From Perkinsela sp. CCAP 1560/9 (lineage: Eukaryota; Protista; Euglenozoa: Kinetoplastea): a stretch of DNA of 64,000 bases. The stretch is from the NCBI GenBank assembly GCA_965644495.1, contig CBFFSA010000005.1, positions 372,001-436,000 on the forward strand, written 5' to 3'. Shown in pieces: positions 34,986 through 44,984 of this stretch. Each line of letters opens with the position of its first letter. Positions within the stretch are counted from its first letter, which is position 1. Under the pieces are notes generated by a model. It worked only from the letters and a program-made list of their open reading frames with translations. It ran no database searches and was not told where the DNA came from. Position numbers and translations under genes: made by a program.

Positions 34986-36053
34986 ATGGACGAACAAAGT
35001 AGAGAACCGGGGGTTGCCCTTATTACTGGGATATCGGGTCAGGATGGCTCCTACCTCGCCGAGCTTCTCCTCGAGAAAGGCTACACCGTCCATGGCCTTG
35101 TACGCCGCACCTCCACCTTTTCCACCTCCCGCATCAACCACATCTACACCCACCCCCGTCTCCACCTCCACTACGGCGACCTCACCGACACCCTCCCCCT
35201 CCTCCACCTCATCACCTCCCTCCGCCCCACCGAGATCTACAACCTCGGCGCCCAGAGCCACGTCAAAGTCAGCTTCGACCTCCCCGAGCACACCGCCAAC
35301 GTCAACGCCCTCGGCTGCCTCCGTCTCCTCGAGGCCCTCCGTCTCTCCCCCCTCCCCCCCGCCCACTGCCGGTTCTACCAAGCCTCCACCTCCGAGCTCT
35401 ACGGGCAACCCACCGAGAGCCCCCAAACCGAGTCCACCCCCTTCCGCCCCCGCTCCCCCTACGCCTGCGCGAAGCTCCACGCGTACTGGTCCACGGTCGT
35501 CCACCGCCACGCCTACGGGCTGTTCGCCTGCAACGGGGTTCTGTTCAACCACGAGTCCCCGCGCCGCGGGGCGACCTTTGTCACGCGCAAGATCGTCCGC
35601 GCCGCGGTGCGTATCGCCGCGGGGCGACAACACGAGCTGTGTCTGGGGAATCTGGACGCGAAAAGGGACTGGGGGCACGCGAAGGACTATGTGGAGGGGA
35701 TGTGGCGGATGCTGCAGCAGGAGGGGCCGGGGGATTACGTACTCGCGACGGGGAGGCAGTACGCGGTGCGGGAGTTTTGTGTGGCGGTGTTTGAAAGGGT
35801 GGGGATAGGGCTGCGGTGGGAGGGGGAGGGGGTGGGTGAGGTGGGGGTGGAGACGGGGGGGACAGGGCGGGTACTGGTTCGGGTCACGGCGAAGTATTTT
35901 CGACCGGCTGAGGTGGATTCGCTTCTGGGTGATCCGTCTCATGCGGAGAAAACATTGGGCTGGAAGCGAAATTTCGATTTTTATGGTTTGGTTGACGATA
36001 TGGTGTCGAGTGAGATTGCCATAGAGAAATCGGGTCAAGACTGTTGGTCTTAG
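34986..36053 (+). CDS. GMD: GDP-mannose 4,6-dehydratase
   Basis: [58 protein letters not shown] and RDWGHAKDY. Confidence 0.97.
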   Translation: MDEQSREPGVALITGISGQDGSYLAELLLEKGYTVHGLVRRTSTFSTSRINHIYTHPRLHLHYGDLTDTLPLLHLITSLRPTEIYNLGAQSHVKVSFDLPEHTANVNALGCLRLLEALRLSPLPPAHCRFYQASTSELYGQPTESPQTESTPFRPRSPYACAKLHAYWSTVVHRHAYGLFACNGVLFNHESPRRGATFVTRKIVRAAVRIAAGRQHELCLGNLDAKRDWGHAKDYVEGMWRMLQQEGPGDYVLATGRQYAVREFCVAVFERVGIGLRWEGEGVGEVGVETGGTGRVLVRVTAKYFRPAEVDSLLGDPSHAEKTLGWKRNFDFYGLVDDMVSSEIAIEKSGQDCWS

Positions 36054-36172
36054 GCTATTTTTCGTACCAACTATTGGCTACCCAAAGACTTCTGTGGAGT
36101 GTACTCAACACAAAATTTTCAATACACAGCGCGTGATTCATGTGGTCATAGTCGAATATTGTGCGATTGGGG

Positions 36173-36249
36173 GGTAGGCTTCCGGTGGGCCTAGGGGGTG
36201 TACACCAATTGTTATCCCCTTCATAGTAGCGCCCAACGGTAGTTACCCC
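36173..36249. other. Long imperfect hairpin (MITE relic or small structured RNA)
   Basis: GGGGTAGGCTTCCGGTGGGC ... GCCCAACGGTAGTTACCCC, with inner AGGGGGT/ATCCCCT. Confidence 0.5.
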
Positions 36250-36495
36250 TTTAAACTCTCAGAAAATTGTGCAGTACGAAAAAAAATGGTAATCTCATGT
36301 GGATTAGCTGATGGATATAGTACATGTATTTCTGCCCTCTCTAAGTCTACCTTTCACGCTTATTTTTCACTTGGCTTTCTGAATAAAAAAAAGTGTGATG
36401 TACACGCTTGGTAATTACACCATGAGCATTGATGTTTAGGATAATATAGTGTTATACTTTTAGATCTTGCATCGTGTAAATGAAGGGAGACGTTT

Positions 36496-37164
36496 ATGAG
36501 CTCTGATTTTGAAGATAAATTCTATCTTTCAAAGATTCTGCTGGAGGCGCACTCTCAGCAAGTAGAGCAGGCGGTTTCAAATTCAAAATCGGCGTCTCAC
36601 TCCCTCGATTCACAACTATTAACGTATCTTTCGGCACGTGGACGTGAATGCGAAGAGAAACTGAACGAAGTTGCAGAAATATTACCAACAATGGTGAGTG
36701 GAGCTCAGTCAAGAATACAGTGGACAGCAAGGCTTACCATGTTACACGAGGAATGCGAAAGGTTGCGCGGTATGCTGCAAAGCTTGGAAATTAAGAAACG
36801 TAAAAACGACAGAATTATACGCAGCAGAGAGGCCTTTAGACTCTCGGAACAAGATAAAAAGGTCTTGGAGGATTCATACGGGCCCGAATCGGAACTTCTC
36901 TCCGAGTATGACTCTCTTGTCCACACACAAAAGGAAGTTCAATCAATGACTTCCGAAAGTATTGCGGTACTCAATGCATTAAAGTCGCAGCGTGAGGGAA
37001 TTCTTCACTCGCAAGACAGACTCAGTAAACTTTCCGCGTCATCTAGTTTTTCAACACAACTCCTCCGCAATATTATGAGTACGATACATTTAGATCGTAT
37101 TTTCTTGTATTTCGGAATGATAATCATCACTCTTTTATTGCTTTTCATTTACATGAGAACTTAG
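36496..37164 (+). CDS. Qb-SNARE (membrin/Bos1/GOSR-like)
   Basis: Helical N-terminal domain, SNARE heptads with LKSQREGI, single C-terminal TM. Confidence 0.8.
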   Translation: MSSDFEDKFYLSKILLEAHSQQVEQAVSNSKSASHSLDSQLLTYLSARGRECEEKLNEVAEILPTMVSGAQSRIQWTARLTMLHEECERLRGMLQSLEIKKRKNDRIIRSREAFRLSEQDKKVLEDSYGPESELLSEYDSLVHTQKEVQSMTSESIAVLNALKSQREGILHSQDRLSKLSASSSFSTQLLRNIMSTIHLDRIFLYFGMIIITLLLLFIYMRT

Positions 37165-37306
37165 TGTTTGTAATTTGTGTATAAATCTTCAATTCGTTCC
37201 TCGTCGTGATCTTCAAAAATAGTGTTTTCCTGTATTTCGGTATCTTTTTTCGTGGTACAATAATTTTCATTCAACTACTATCTGCTTAAGTACACGAATT
37301 TCGACT

Positions 37307-39193
37307 ATGGGACGGGAACGCGTCTTTCTTTTGAGTCCACACGGCACTTTTTGCGCCATTTTGGAGCACTTTGAGGACCCGGAAGAGTCGGATGAAATTC
37401 AAATAATCACTCCACAGGGAAAATTCTACGCTCCAGTGCGTCCTCCAGTGAGATTAAAAGGTCTTGTTCGAGACGATCTGCACAGTGCTTCTGATTCAAC
37501 ATCGAGTTGTATTTTTGCCCTTCCACAAGAAACGAAAAAGCGTTCAATATCAATTTCCAGAAAAATCAGTACTGCAGCTTGGGATAGCGACTCGTCTCTT
37601 CTTGTGTGTTTCACTGATGCGAGCGTCTGGTCTTTGTTTTCGTCAAGTCTTGATAGGTTTGAGCAAGGGGCTGGCGATTATTACTTTCAATGGACAAAGG
37701 ATCCGATACACACTTTAGAGGGCGGATCGCAGTTCGACGGAAATCTTTTTGTTTGTCAAATAGGAATTGCACCAAGACTACGGAAACCATTGGGTAGTAT
37801 TCCACCTTTTTCATACGTGGATACCAATTTTGCTCTCTGGTGGCATGATGGCAAGAAAGTACATGAGCTCCACAGTTCGCAAGCAGTTCCTATTACTCAT
37901 ATCGCTGCGAGTCCTAGTGGAAAGTTGGTCGCTATAGCTACAGAAAAATACATGCGAATATACAGTACCAGAAAACGCAAGAAAGTGTATTCTCTGAAAT
38001 GGCGCAATAAATCTTTGATGGCCCGACTTTTCTCTCCCTTATCACTTCTTCACATGGTTGACGACAGCCACCTCGCCCTGGGAACATTGGACGGTGAGGT
38101 TGCACTATGGAATACAAAGAGTTGCGAAACACCAAAGTTTATGTACAGTGGCTCCATGCGGTCCTTTTTGACGAGAAATGAGGCCCCGTGTGATTTGCCC
38201 TCACCTTCCTCTAATTTTCTTGTTGTTGCAAATGGTCGCTACTGCATGGTGGCTAAATTGGGGGAAGAAGCGCAAATACTTGATCTTGTTCTTCAGAAAG
38301 TAGAATCAGGACCAAGCTTACCCGACTCATTATTCGGCCTAAATGATAAAGTGCATTCTGAAAAGCCTTTTTTGCAGTGCAACAAAATTTCTCTTTTGAA
38401 AGACCAAAGCGGAATGTACTGGAACCCAAAATTTCACAGTATCGAATCTTTTTCCTGGGGAATTCTTCAGGAAACAAACTCTACGAATTTACTCACTGTT
38501 TCCGAGACTCCGTCCAATAAACTATCGGATGTCGCCTCTTTTGCGTCTACGGGGCTTCATATCTCAAATGTCTTTACCGATACAGTTGAGTACAAAGACA
38601 TAAAAGAAGATTTGAGCCAACTATTACGGGAAGAAAGCGGAGAGTCCATGTCTTTGGAGTGCCTTTCCGCAACAGCACCGGAACCTATGGATATTTCTTC
38701 GGTAAAAAGGCTATTTAGCCTGATTCACCTCAATCGTGGTCAATTGTTTCGTGAGCAGAATCTTCGCGCTCTATCTCTGTTCGAGTCCATTCGTGTTGCT
38801 CGGGCTTCTACCCGCATAGCGACGATATCTTGGGTTCATTTCATTCGATCAGTACTTTGGCTCAGAGCCCTCCTTCACGCTCGTCCTGTGATGTCATCTC
38901 ACCACTCTACAAAAATACTTGAAAGAACAAGCGCGGTGCTTTCTCTGAGTAAGCAAGTTACATGCGCCAGCATAGCAAGCTCCCTACGACGTTCGCAAGG
39001 GCTGTTGGACATTTTTGGGGTCACACGACCTAATTCTGTTTCTTATGAAGACATTGCATGTTCTTCATTCATAAAGAAAGCGATCACGATGAGCAATGAC
39101 GCTTCGAATAATTCCAGAAAAGCAGTTATGTCAGAAACTACTTTTCACTCCTCTCCAATATCTGCAATGAAAAGGAGGCGTAGGAAGAGCTAA
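37307..39193 (+). CDS. WD40-like hypothetical protein
   Basis: ITHIAASPSGKLVAIA and LALGTLDGEVALWN; basic NLS-like tail. Confidence 0.7.
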   Translation: MGRERVFLLSPHGTFCAILEHFEDPEESDEIQIITPQGKFYAPVRPPVRLKGLVRDDLHSASDSTSSCIFALPQETKKRSISISRKISTAAWDSDSSLLVCFTDASVWSLFSSSLDRFEQGAGDYYFQWTKDPIHTLEGGSQFDGNLFVCQIGIAPRLRKPLGSIPPFSYVDTNFALWWHDGKKVHELHSSQAVPITHIAASPSGKLVAIATEKYMRIYSTRKRKKVYSLKWRNKSLMARLFSPLSLLHMVDDSHLALGTLDGEVALWNTKSCETPKFMYSGSMRSFLTRNEAPCDLPSPSSNFLVVANGRYCMVAKLGEEAQILDLVLQKVESGPSLPDSLFGLNDKVHSEKPFLQCNKISLLKDQSGMYWNPKFHSIESFSWGILQETNSTNLLTVSETPSNKLSDVASFASTGLHISNVFTDTVEYKDIKEDLSQLLREESGESMSLECLSATAPEPMDISSVKRLFSLIHLNRGQLFREQNLRALSLFESIRVARASTRIATISWVHFIRSVLWLRALLHARPVMSSHHSTKILERTSAVLSLSKQVTCASIASSLRRSQGLLDIFGVTRPNSVSYEDIACSSFIKKAITMSNDASNNSRKAVMSETTFHSSPISAMKRRRRKS

Positions 39194-39571
39194 TCAGGCG
39201 TATAATTAGTTTCCCTTTTACTCCGCATAAGAGTATTAAAATCAATATATTGCCAAATGGTGGGTCCTGTTGGGTTTTCTAATGTGCGAAATATTTATTT
39301 AGTAAATTTGGGCCCTAAAATTTGAACCTGGAAGTAGTTGCTGAAAGTGAAAATACTGCTATCTAGTGAACAGTCAAATTAGTGAACAGACTAATTGATT
39401 TATTTTTATTAGAAAATGGTGTATCTCTTGAACGAAGTTATAACAATACAATATTTATGCTAGAGACGTTACATAGTGAACTTTTCGGTCTTCACAACTC
39501 TATTAAGAATTTTCTACTTTTACCCGATTAGATCTATCGTCTCTTACAAAGACTTTATAACTTAGGCTGCC

Positions 39572-41737
39572 ATGAAACAAAACGTTTCGGTCGCACGAGT
39601 CCTCAATCCTTTTACTAGCAAATTTCTCAATATTAAATCTCCGGAGTGGTTAAGGCTTCAAAAGTGGGGTTTCTCTCAGGATCCGAGTGGAAAAGTCGTC
39701 TTAAATAGTCCTGAAAAATTACAAACAATGGTTGAACATTATTCGGCTTCCATAAGCGCAGTCGGAAGTACAAACTTGAATGAACAGAAAGTACTCGCTG
39801 GCCAAGATACTGAGAATGGTCTACAAAGCAGCAAGTCTTGTTCTCGAACACAATCTCAGATTAAAGGTACGAAAAAATCTTGCATAAAACCATGTTCTTT
39901 GCTGTCTAGCCTAACTAAAGATCCATTAACTGCCGTAGACTCAGTCCAAAGGTTTCTTAAGAAGATCAACGAGCAGTGCTCTGCGGTATTTACGCAAGAA
40001 TTGCCATCTACTCTATCAGAAGAAGACCTATCTTCAGAACAAAAAAAGGTGTTACGCGTGGTTGAAGAGGGTCAATCGATTTACTTAACCGGTCCTCCCG
40101 GAACGGGAAAAACGGTTGTACTTAGGGTTATGGCACGTGTATTGCGTGAAAAAGGTTTATTGGTTGCTCTCACCGCAACAACTGGCATAGCAGCTCTGAA
40201 CCTTGGAGGGCGTACCTTGCACCACACCCTGGGGATCAAGCCGGACGAAGAAAAAATGAATTTAAGTGTGTTACAGAGTATAGATGTTCTGATTATCGAC
40301 GAAATTTCAATGATGGGCTCACAGCTTTTCGAAGCACTGGATGTCAACGCACGAAGTGTACGTGACAAGGACAAAGTATTTGGTGGCGTCCAATTAATTC
40401 TGTCTGGGGACTTTCTTCAGCTCTTGCCACATTCTAGCTCTGCATTCTTCCTCCATCCCTTGTTCAAGACAAATTTTAAGGCGTATAGTCTGAAAGAAAA
40501 TTTTCGTCAGCAACACACGCAATACTTAGAAATTTTGCGCTATATGCGGCATGGAAAATTACATCCGAAATTTTCACAAACGGTACGTGTTCTGGATTCT
40601 TTGAAAGATGCATCTAACGAAAAGACATCGTTGTTTCTTTTTCCTCGTCGGGCAGATGCCGAGTCCCACAATTCCGCGCAGCTTGAAAAACATAGTGGTG
40701 AGTTGTTCACCCTTGAGAGCTTTACTACGGAGCCGATGCTTCGAGGCATATGGACAAAGGTGCATCAAATTGAGCACGCTCGCGCTACAGATGCAAGTCT
40801 TGTGTTGAATTGGCTAACAAATGAACTGCAACACAAATCTTCGAAACTTGTAGTTTCGCATTTGTACGCCTATAATATTAATCCGAGTGTAATTGGTGTT
40901 CGATATTCATTCACTAATCAGGATCAAAGCGTGTTTTCGATCGATATGATGGCTAATGTGTCGGGTAAAGAAAACGATCCTGAAAGTGTGGACACTGATT
41001 CTACTTCCACTCGAGAAACTATTACTGATGAAGAGCGTTTTGAAGTTATCGGATCTTTGTCCGAAGCTCTTCGGGCGTATGCTGAGAGTCATCCTTGTCG
41101 AATCATTATTCGGGAACACGATACAAATATCGATGTCTCCCACAATACTCGGTCGGAATTGCTCCGCCTAGTGAAAACACAAAGTACTAACGAAACCACA
41201 TCCGTCAAAATAGGTTGTAGAGTACTTTTAACTCGTAATCTGTCACAAACTTTGGTGAATGGTATGACCGGTAATGTTAGTGGGATGGTGTCCGTCACTA
41301 AGCTGATTTCATGCCTTAATAAAAGGAACTTTGACAATCCATATTATTTGCGCCGTATGGCAAAATTACTTCCTAGTACTATGGCAATTCCTGAAGTCGA
41401 GTTCGACACCGGACTGCGAATCCCTATTCCACCCGTTGTGCTTAGTTTCGGCGGGGCAGTTTATGATTACTGTGAAGTACATCGCATGAGTTTTCCACTC
41501 TCCCTTGCGTATGCTTTAACAATTCACAAGTCTCAAGGTCTTACCATCTCTTGTCCGGTGGTGTTACAATGCACGAAATCTTTCCCATGTGATCACATTA
41601 TCTATGTTGCCTGCTCCCGAGTACGGGATCCATCGAAGCTTACAGTGGTTGGTCCTATTCAGAAACATTTGAAGGTTAATAGTGCCGCATTGCAGCATGA
41701 GAAGGAGCTTCATTCACTCCCGCAGCAGTGCAATTGA
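39572..41737 (+). CDS. PIF1: PIF1-family SF1B DNA helicase
   Basis: LTGPPGTGKT, TATTGIAA, LIIDEISM, FGGVQLILSGDFLQL, AYALTIHKSQGLT and YVACSRV. Confidence 0.95.
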   Translation: MKQNVSVARVLNPFTSKFLNIKSPEWLRLQKWGFSQDPSGKVVLNSPEKLQTMVEHYSASISAVGSTNLNEQKVLAGQDTENGLQSSKSCSRTQSQIKGTKKSCIKPCSLLSSLTKDPLTAVDSVQRFLKKINEQCSAVFTQELPSTLSEEDLSSEQKKVLRVVEEGQSIYLTGPPGTGKTVVLRVMARVLREKGLLVALTATTGIAALNLGGRTLHHTLGIKPDEEKMNLSVLQSIDVLIIDEISMMGSQLFEALDVNARSVRDKDKVFGGVQLILSGDFLQLLPHSSSAFFLHPLFKTNFKAYSLKENFRQQHTQYLEILRYMRHGKLHPKFSQTVRVLDSLKDASNEKTSLFLFPRRADAESHNSAQLEKHSGELFTLESFTTEPMLRGIWTKVHQIEHARATDASLVLNWLTNELQHKSSKLVVSHLYAYNINPSVIGVRYSFTNQDQSVFSIDMMANVSGKENDPESVDTDSTSTRETITDEERFEVIGSLSEALRAYAESHPCRIIIREHDTNIDVSHNTRSELLRLVKTQSTNETTSVKIGCRVLLTRNLSQTLVNGMTGNVSGMVSVTKLISCLNKRNFDNPYYLRRMAKLLPSTMAIPEVEFDTGLRIPIPPVVLSFGGAVYDYCEVHRMSFPLSLAYALTIHKSQGLTISCPVVLQCTKSFPCDHIIYVACSRVRDPSKLTVVGPIQKHLKVNSAALQHEKELHSLPQQCN

Positions 41738-42396
41738 AGCTGCAAAATTAAAGGAAATTCCAACTAAACGTTAGTCAGCGTGTACAATAGCACGTATTTT
41801 TACGGTTCCTTTGTTACATCAAAAAGGAATTCTCCGTTCGCCTTGCGTTTGTTTTCTCTATTCGCCCTGCATTTAGCGTACTGACGTTGCTAAGCTAAAA
41901 TATATTTCAAAACTAACTGATTTTGTGTATACTTGCCACGTGCTCTGTTGAATTAATAATCTTGCTTCGATATATTTTTGTTTTGCTTTTTCTTGTTTTA
42001 CTTTTAGTTGTTTTACTTTTAGTTGTTTTACTTTTACTACTCACTTTGCTTCTTCCCATTTTACTCTTTTCTCCTATTCTTTTCTCCTAAAGGTAAAAAC
42101 CACATTTTCTGTGGGTAAAAGAAACGCATGGGTGCACAAGATGTACATGTATGTACATCTTGTATCTCCTTTTTCCCATTATATTTTTGTTCTTCCATTA
42201 TATATTTTTGTTCTTCCAATTCCTCCATCATATTTATATAAATCTGGTCTTTATTGTTTTTTAATGTATCATTCGCATACTAAATTGTGGTTCAGTTCTT
42301 TTTTACGCAATTATACTAAGTATGTAGACGAGAAGAAATGTAGGATTTTTTACTAGGTAAACCTCTTTTTCAGCTTACGAAATTCTTCATAAAAAA

Positions 42397-42705
42397 TTGA
42401 GTGCTGTTCAACGAACAACGCCTCCTAAATTACAAAACTGGATTCCCTGGTGCGAAATTGAACACCATTTCTCATTGGACAATGCGTGGATAATATACCA
42501 CGGATCAGTATACGATATTACAGAATGGATTCCAATGCATCCAGGTGGTCAAAAAATCTTGCTACCCTACCTCGGGCGAGACATCAGCCAAATTTTTGAT
42601 AAAGTGCATGGATACGTGAATCTTGAAGTTTTTCTCAAAAAATTTCATTTGGGCTATCTCGATCCTATTTCCATACCTCGGCACATTTCAAAAGCCTCTG
42701 CGTAA
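42397..42705 (+). CDS. Cytochrome b5-like heme-binding domain protein (no in-frame ATG upstream)
   Basis: AWIIYHGSVYDITEWIPMHPGG ... GRDISQIFDKVH. Confidence 0.75.
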   Translation: MSAVQRTTPPKLQNWIPWCEIEHHFSLDNAWIIYHGSVYDITEWIPMHPGGQKILLPYLGRDISQIFDKVHGYVNLEVFLKKFHLGYLDPISIPRHISKASA

Positions 42706-43081
42706 AATGCACAATAGCATAAAGCAACTGTGAGATCAGCTAAAACTATCCAGGATTATCCGTAAATAAAATGCAATAGAGCGTAGAAATCATGGAAAAT
42801 TAAAGATGAATGAGATGAAAAGTTTCAGCAAAGCGAAACATGTTATTGATGTTGATTACATGTGAAGGTTTCGATACCTATTACTCGTAGTTCCACTATC
42901 CGAACTCGACTAAAAGAAGAACTATATAAAACTGCGATTGAAACGTGTTTACGCCATTCGATATACCAATGGAGGGCATTATATTTTTATAGCATGTTTA
43001 GTTAGGTTTTTTCATCGAATCTATAACGTTGCCTTTGTTTTTTCCTTTTGCGAAAAATGTTATAGAAAAAATACTTTTCTA

Positions 43082-43771
43082 ATTACGGTGGTTGTATAAC
43101 TACAGCTCTACCCTCGATTATTGCAAAAAACGTGAACAAAAACAGTGAAAATATAAAGAGAAACACAGTAATATAACAAAAAAAAGATGTAAAATGGGGC
43201 TCCGGTGGTCCAAAATTGAAAAAAATGGGGGGCCTAGGGGGGGACCCAGGGGGGGCGGCATACGTCAAGAAATTCTTTTCGAATTTTTTGCTTTTCAAAA
43301 TCGAGCGCAGGGAAGTGGTACATGTAGAGTACGCCGCGGCGATATTTTCCATCCCCCCCTGGGGTACCCCCCCTGGTACGCGCAGGAGGGGTTCGACAAG
43401 GCCAAAATTTCCGAAATTTTTGGGACGATCCAAAAAAAAGCAACAATATTATTTTTCCAAAATCGACTCCTAAAACGTATTTTGAGAGTTTGGGCCCTCA
43501 GCTACCATTCTACGACGTTTTTTTGACAGATTCGCTTCCTGCCCCGACTGGTAAGGCATCCAAAACTACCCAAACTCGGGTTAAAATTTCGCAATTTTCG
43601 CCTAAAACTCGAGCTTTTTCACCCAAAAAAAATGATTATTCATGATCTTTTGGAAATTTTTCTTTTTTAGGCTCTTCGTTAAACGCGGTGGTAGTTTTCA
43701 ACGCGAAGCGCGCAGCATGAGTGACTTCTAAGTTGAAAACAGCCACCGCGTTTAACGAAGAGCCTAAAAAA
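43082..43771. mobile_element. Hairpin-terminated dispersed repeat, copy B (uninterrupted, about 690 bp)
   Basis: Same left end and same terminal palindrome (43663..43771) as copy A; no TSD visible. Confidence 0.85.
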
Positions 43772-43883
43772 TATTTATATCGTTTTATTTTTATTTTTTT
43801 TGATAGTCTGGGATCATTTTTTTCGTTGTTTTGTACCTATCATATCTATTAAAAGTAGTGAATTCTTGCCCAGTTACTCATTC

Positions 43884-44789
43884 ATGATTTATCTTCCTGC
43901 TGCAAGTGGACTATCTCTTGTTGTCGCGGCGCAAAAAGATAATCAATATATGGAATCCATTAGAGAGCGCGTGGTAGATCTCTTAACCAGGCTTCTTGGC
44001 GGTCGGCTCGTCAATTTATGGGAGAACGAAATTCTTTACTTATTGGCCCCCTTAGCGTATTTCGCTCCTTCTGCTGTGTCTAGGCGTTCTACTTTAGGAG
44101 AGGAGCACAGTGAAATTCTGCCATTTCCTCCTTTCCGAAATCGATTACTGGGCGCTCTTTTGATTTCTACGTGCGGACAGTACATTTTTTTGCGGTTATT
44201 TCCTAGAGGAAAAGCTATATTCGAATATTTTCAACAGCTTCACTTAGCTATTTTTTATGTCGCGCAAAAGTATCGCGATTTCGGAAAAAGAGTTGTTGGT
44301 ATATTTTATGTCAGCATCGCTAGAAGAATTCTTCATGCGCGGGATAGCTCGTCGGCTACTTTATCCTTTCTAGGTATTCTTCTGTTTGTGCAATTGCTTG
44401 TTCAACTACGCAATGCGATGCGCAAAAGTACTTTTCAAGCCATATTAACGTCCTTAAGAAGGCTTAGCGGAATTTTTCTTGGTCCGAAGAGGCAACTTGA
44501 AAATATTACCTGTATAAGCGACGAAAATCCTTTCGTACTAGAACAAAAATCCGTTCTCTTTTCCAATTCTTCTAATATTTCAAAGCAAGGGTGCAGTGCA
44601 CCAGAATGTACTCTATGTCTGGGGCCAAGGCAATTTCCTACCGCTACTCTATGTGGGCATATTTTCTGTTGGGATTGCGTTCTTTCTCTATGTTCGGCAA
44701 ACTCTGGAAATGCGCAGTGTCCGTTGTGTCGTCAACCGGTGCAGCCACAGCATCTCGCGCCCATCTCTTCGCACTACGAACCACGTTAG
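43884..44789 (+). CDS. PEX10: Peroxin 10 (RING E3)
   Basis: VAAQKDNQY, TLGEEH and C3HC4 RING CTLC...ATLCGHIFCWDC...CPLCRQ. Confidence 0.88.
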   Translation: MIYLPAASGLSLVVAAQKDNQYMESIRERVVDLLTRLLGGRLVNLWENEILYLLAPLAYFAPSAVSRRSTLGEEHSEILPFPPFRNRLLGALLISTCGQYIFLRLFPRGKAIFEYFQQLHLAIFYVAQKYRDFGKRVVGIFYVSIARRILHARDSSSATLSFLGILLFVQLLVQLRNAMRKSTFQAILTSLRRLSGIFLGPKRQLENITCISDENPFVLEQKSVLFSNSSNISKQGCSAPECTLCLGPRQFPTATLCGHIFCWDCVLSLCSANSGNAQCPLCRQPVQPQHLAPISSHYEPR

Positions 44790-44984
44790 CAAGAATTGAA
44801 TTCTGTCAATGATAACCTCTTTCTCATACGAATGATCTTTTGTTCATAGTAGTGTAACATTCAAGTAATTGGTACTAGAACATCACTTCTTACTAAAATC
44901 GAACTTAATATTTAGTCACAGCCGACTAATCAATTTTTTTAATTACGTTGCTTATTTTGTTCTGCTACTAATACAGTACTTAAA

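Noticed and set aside
34977-36038. Long antisense/alternative-frame ORFs over GMD, RUVBL2 (17622..18680), EEP and the repeat protein
   Set aside because: Shadows of the GC-rich skew islands, where stop codons are depleted; low-complexity translations opposite well-conserved genes.
39572-41737. PIF1 as the Helitron helicase mobilising the hairpin family
   Set aside because: No HUH Rep domain, no element termini around it, and kinetoplastids have multiple host PIF1 paralogues.
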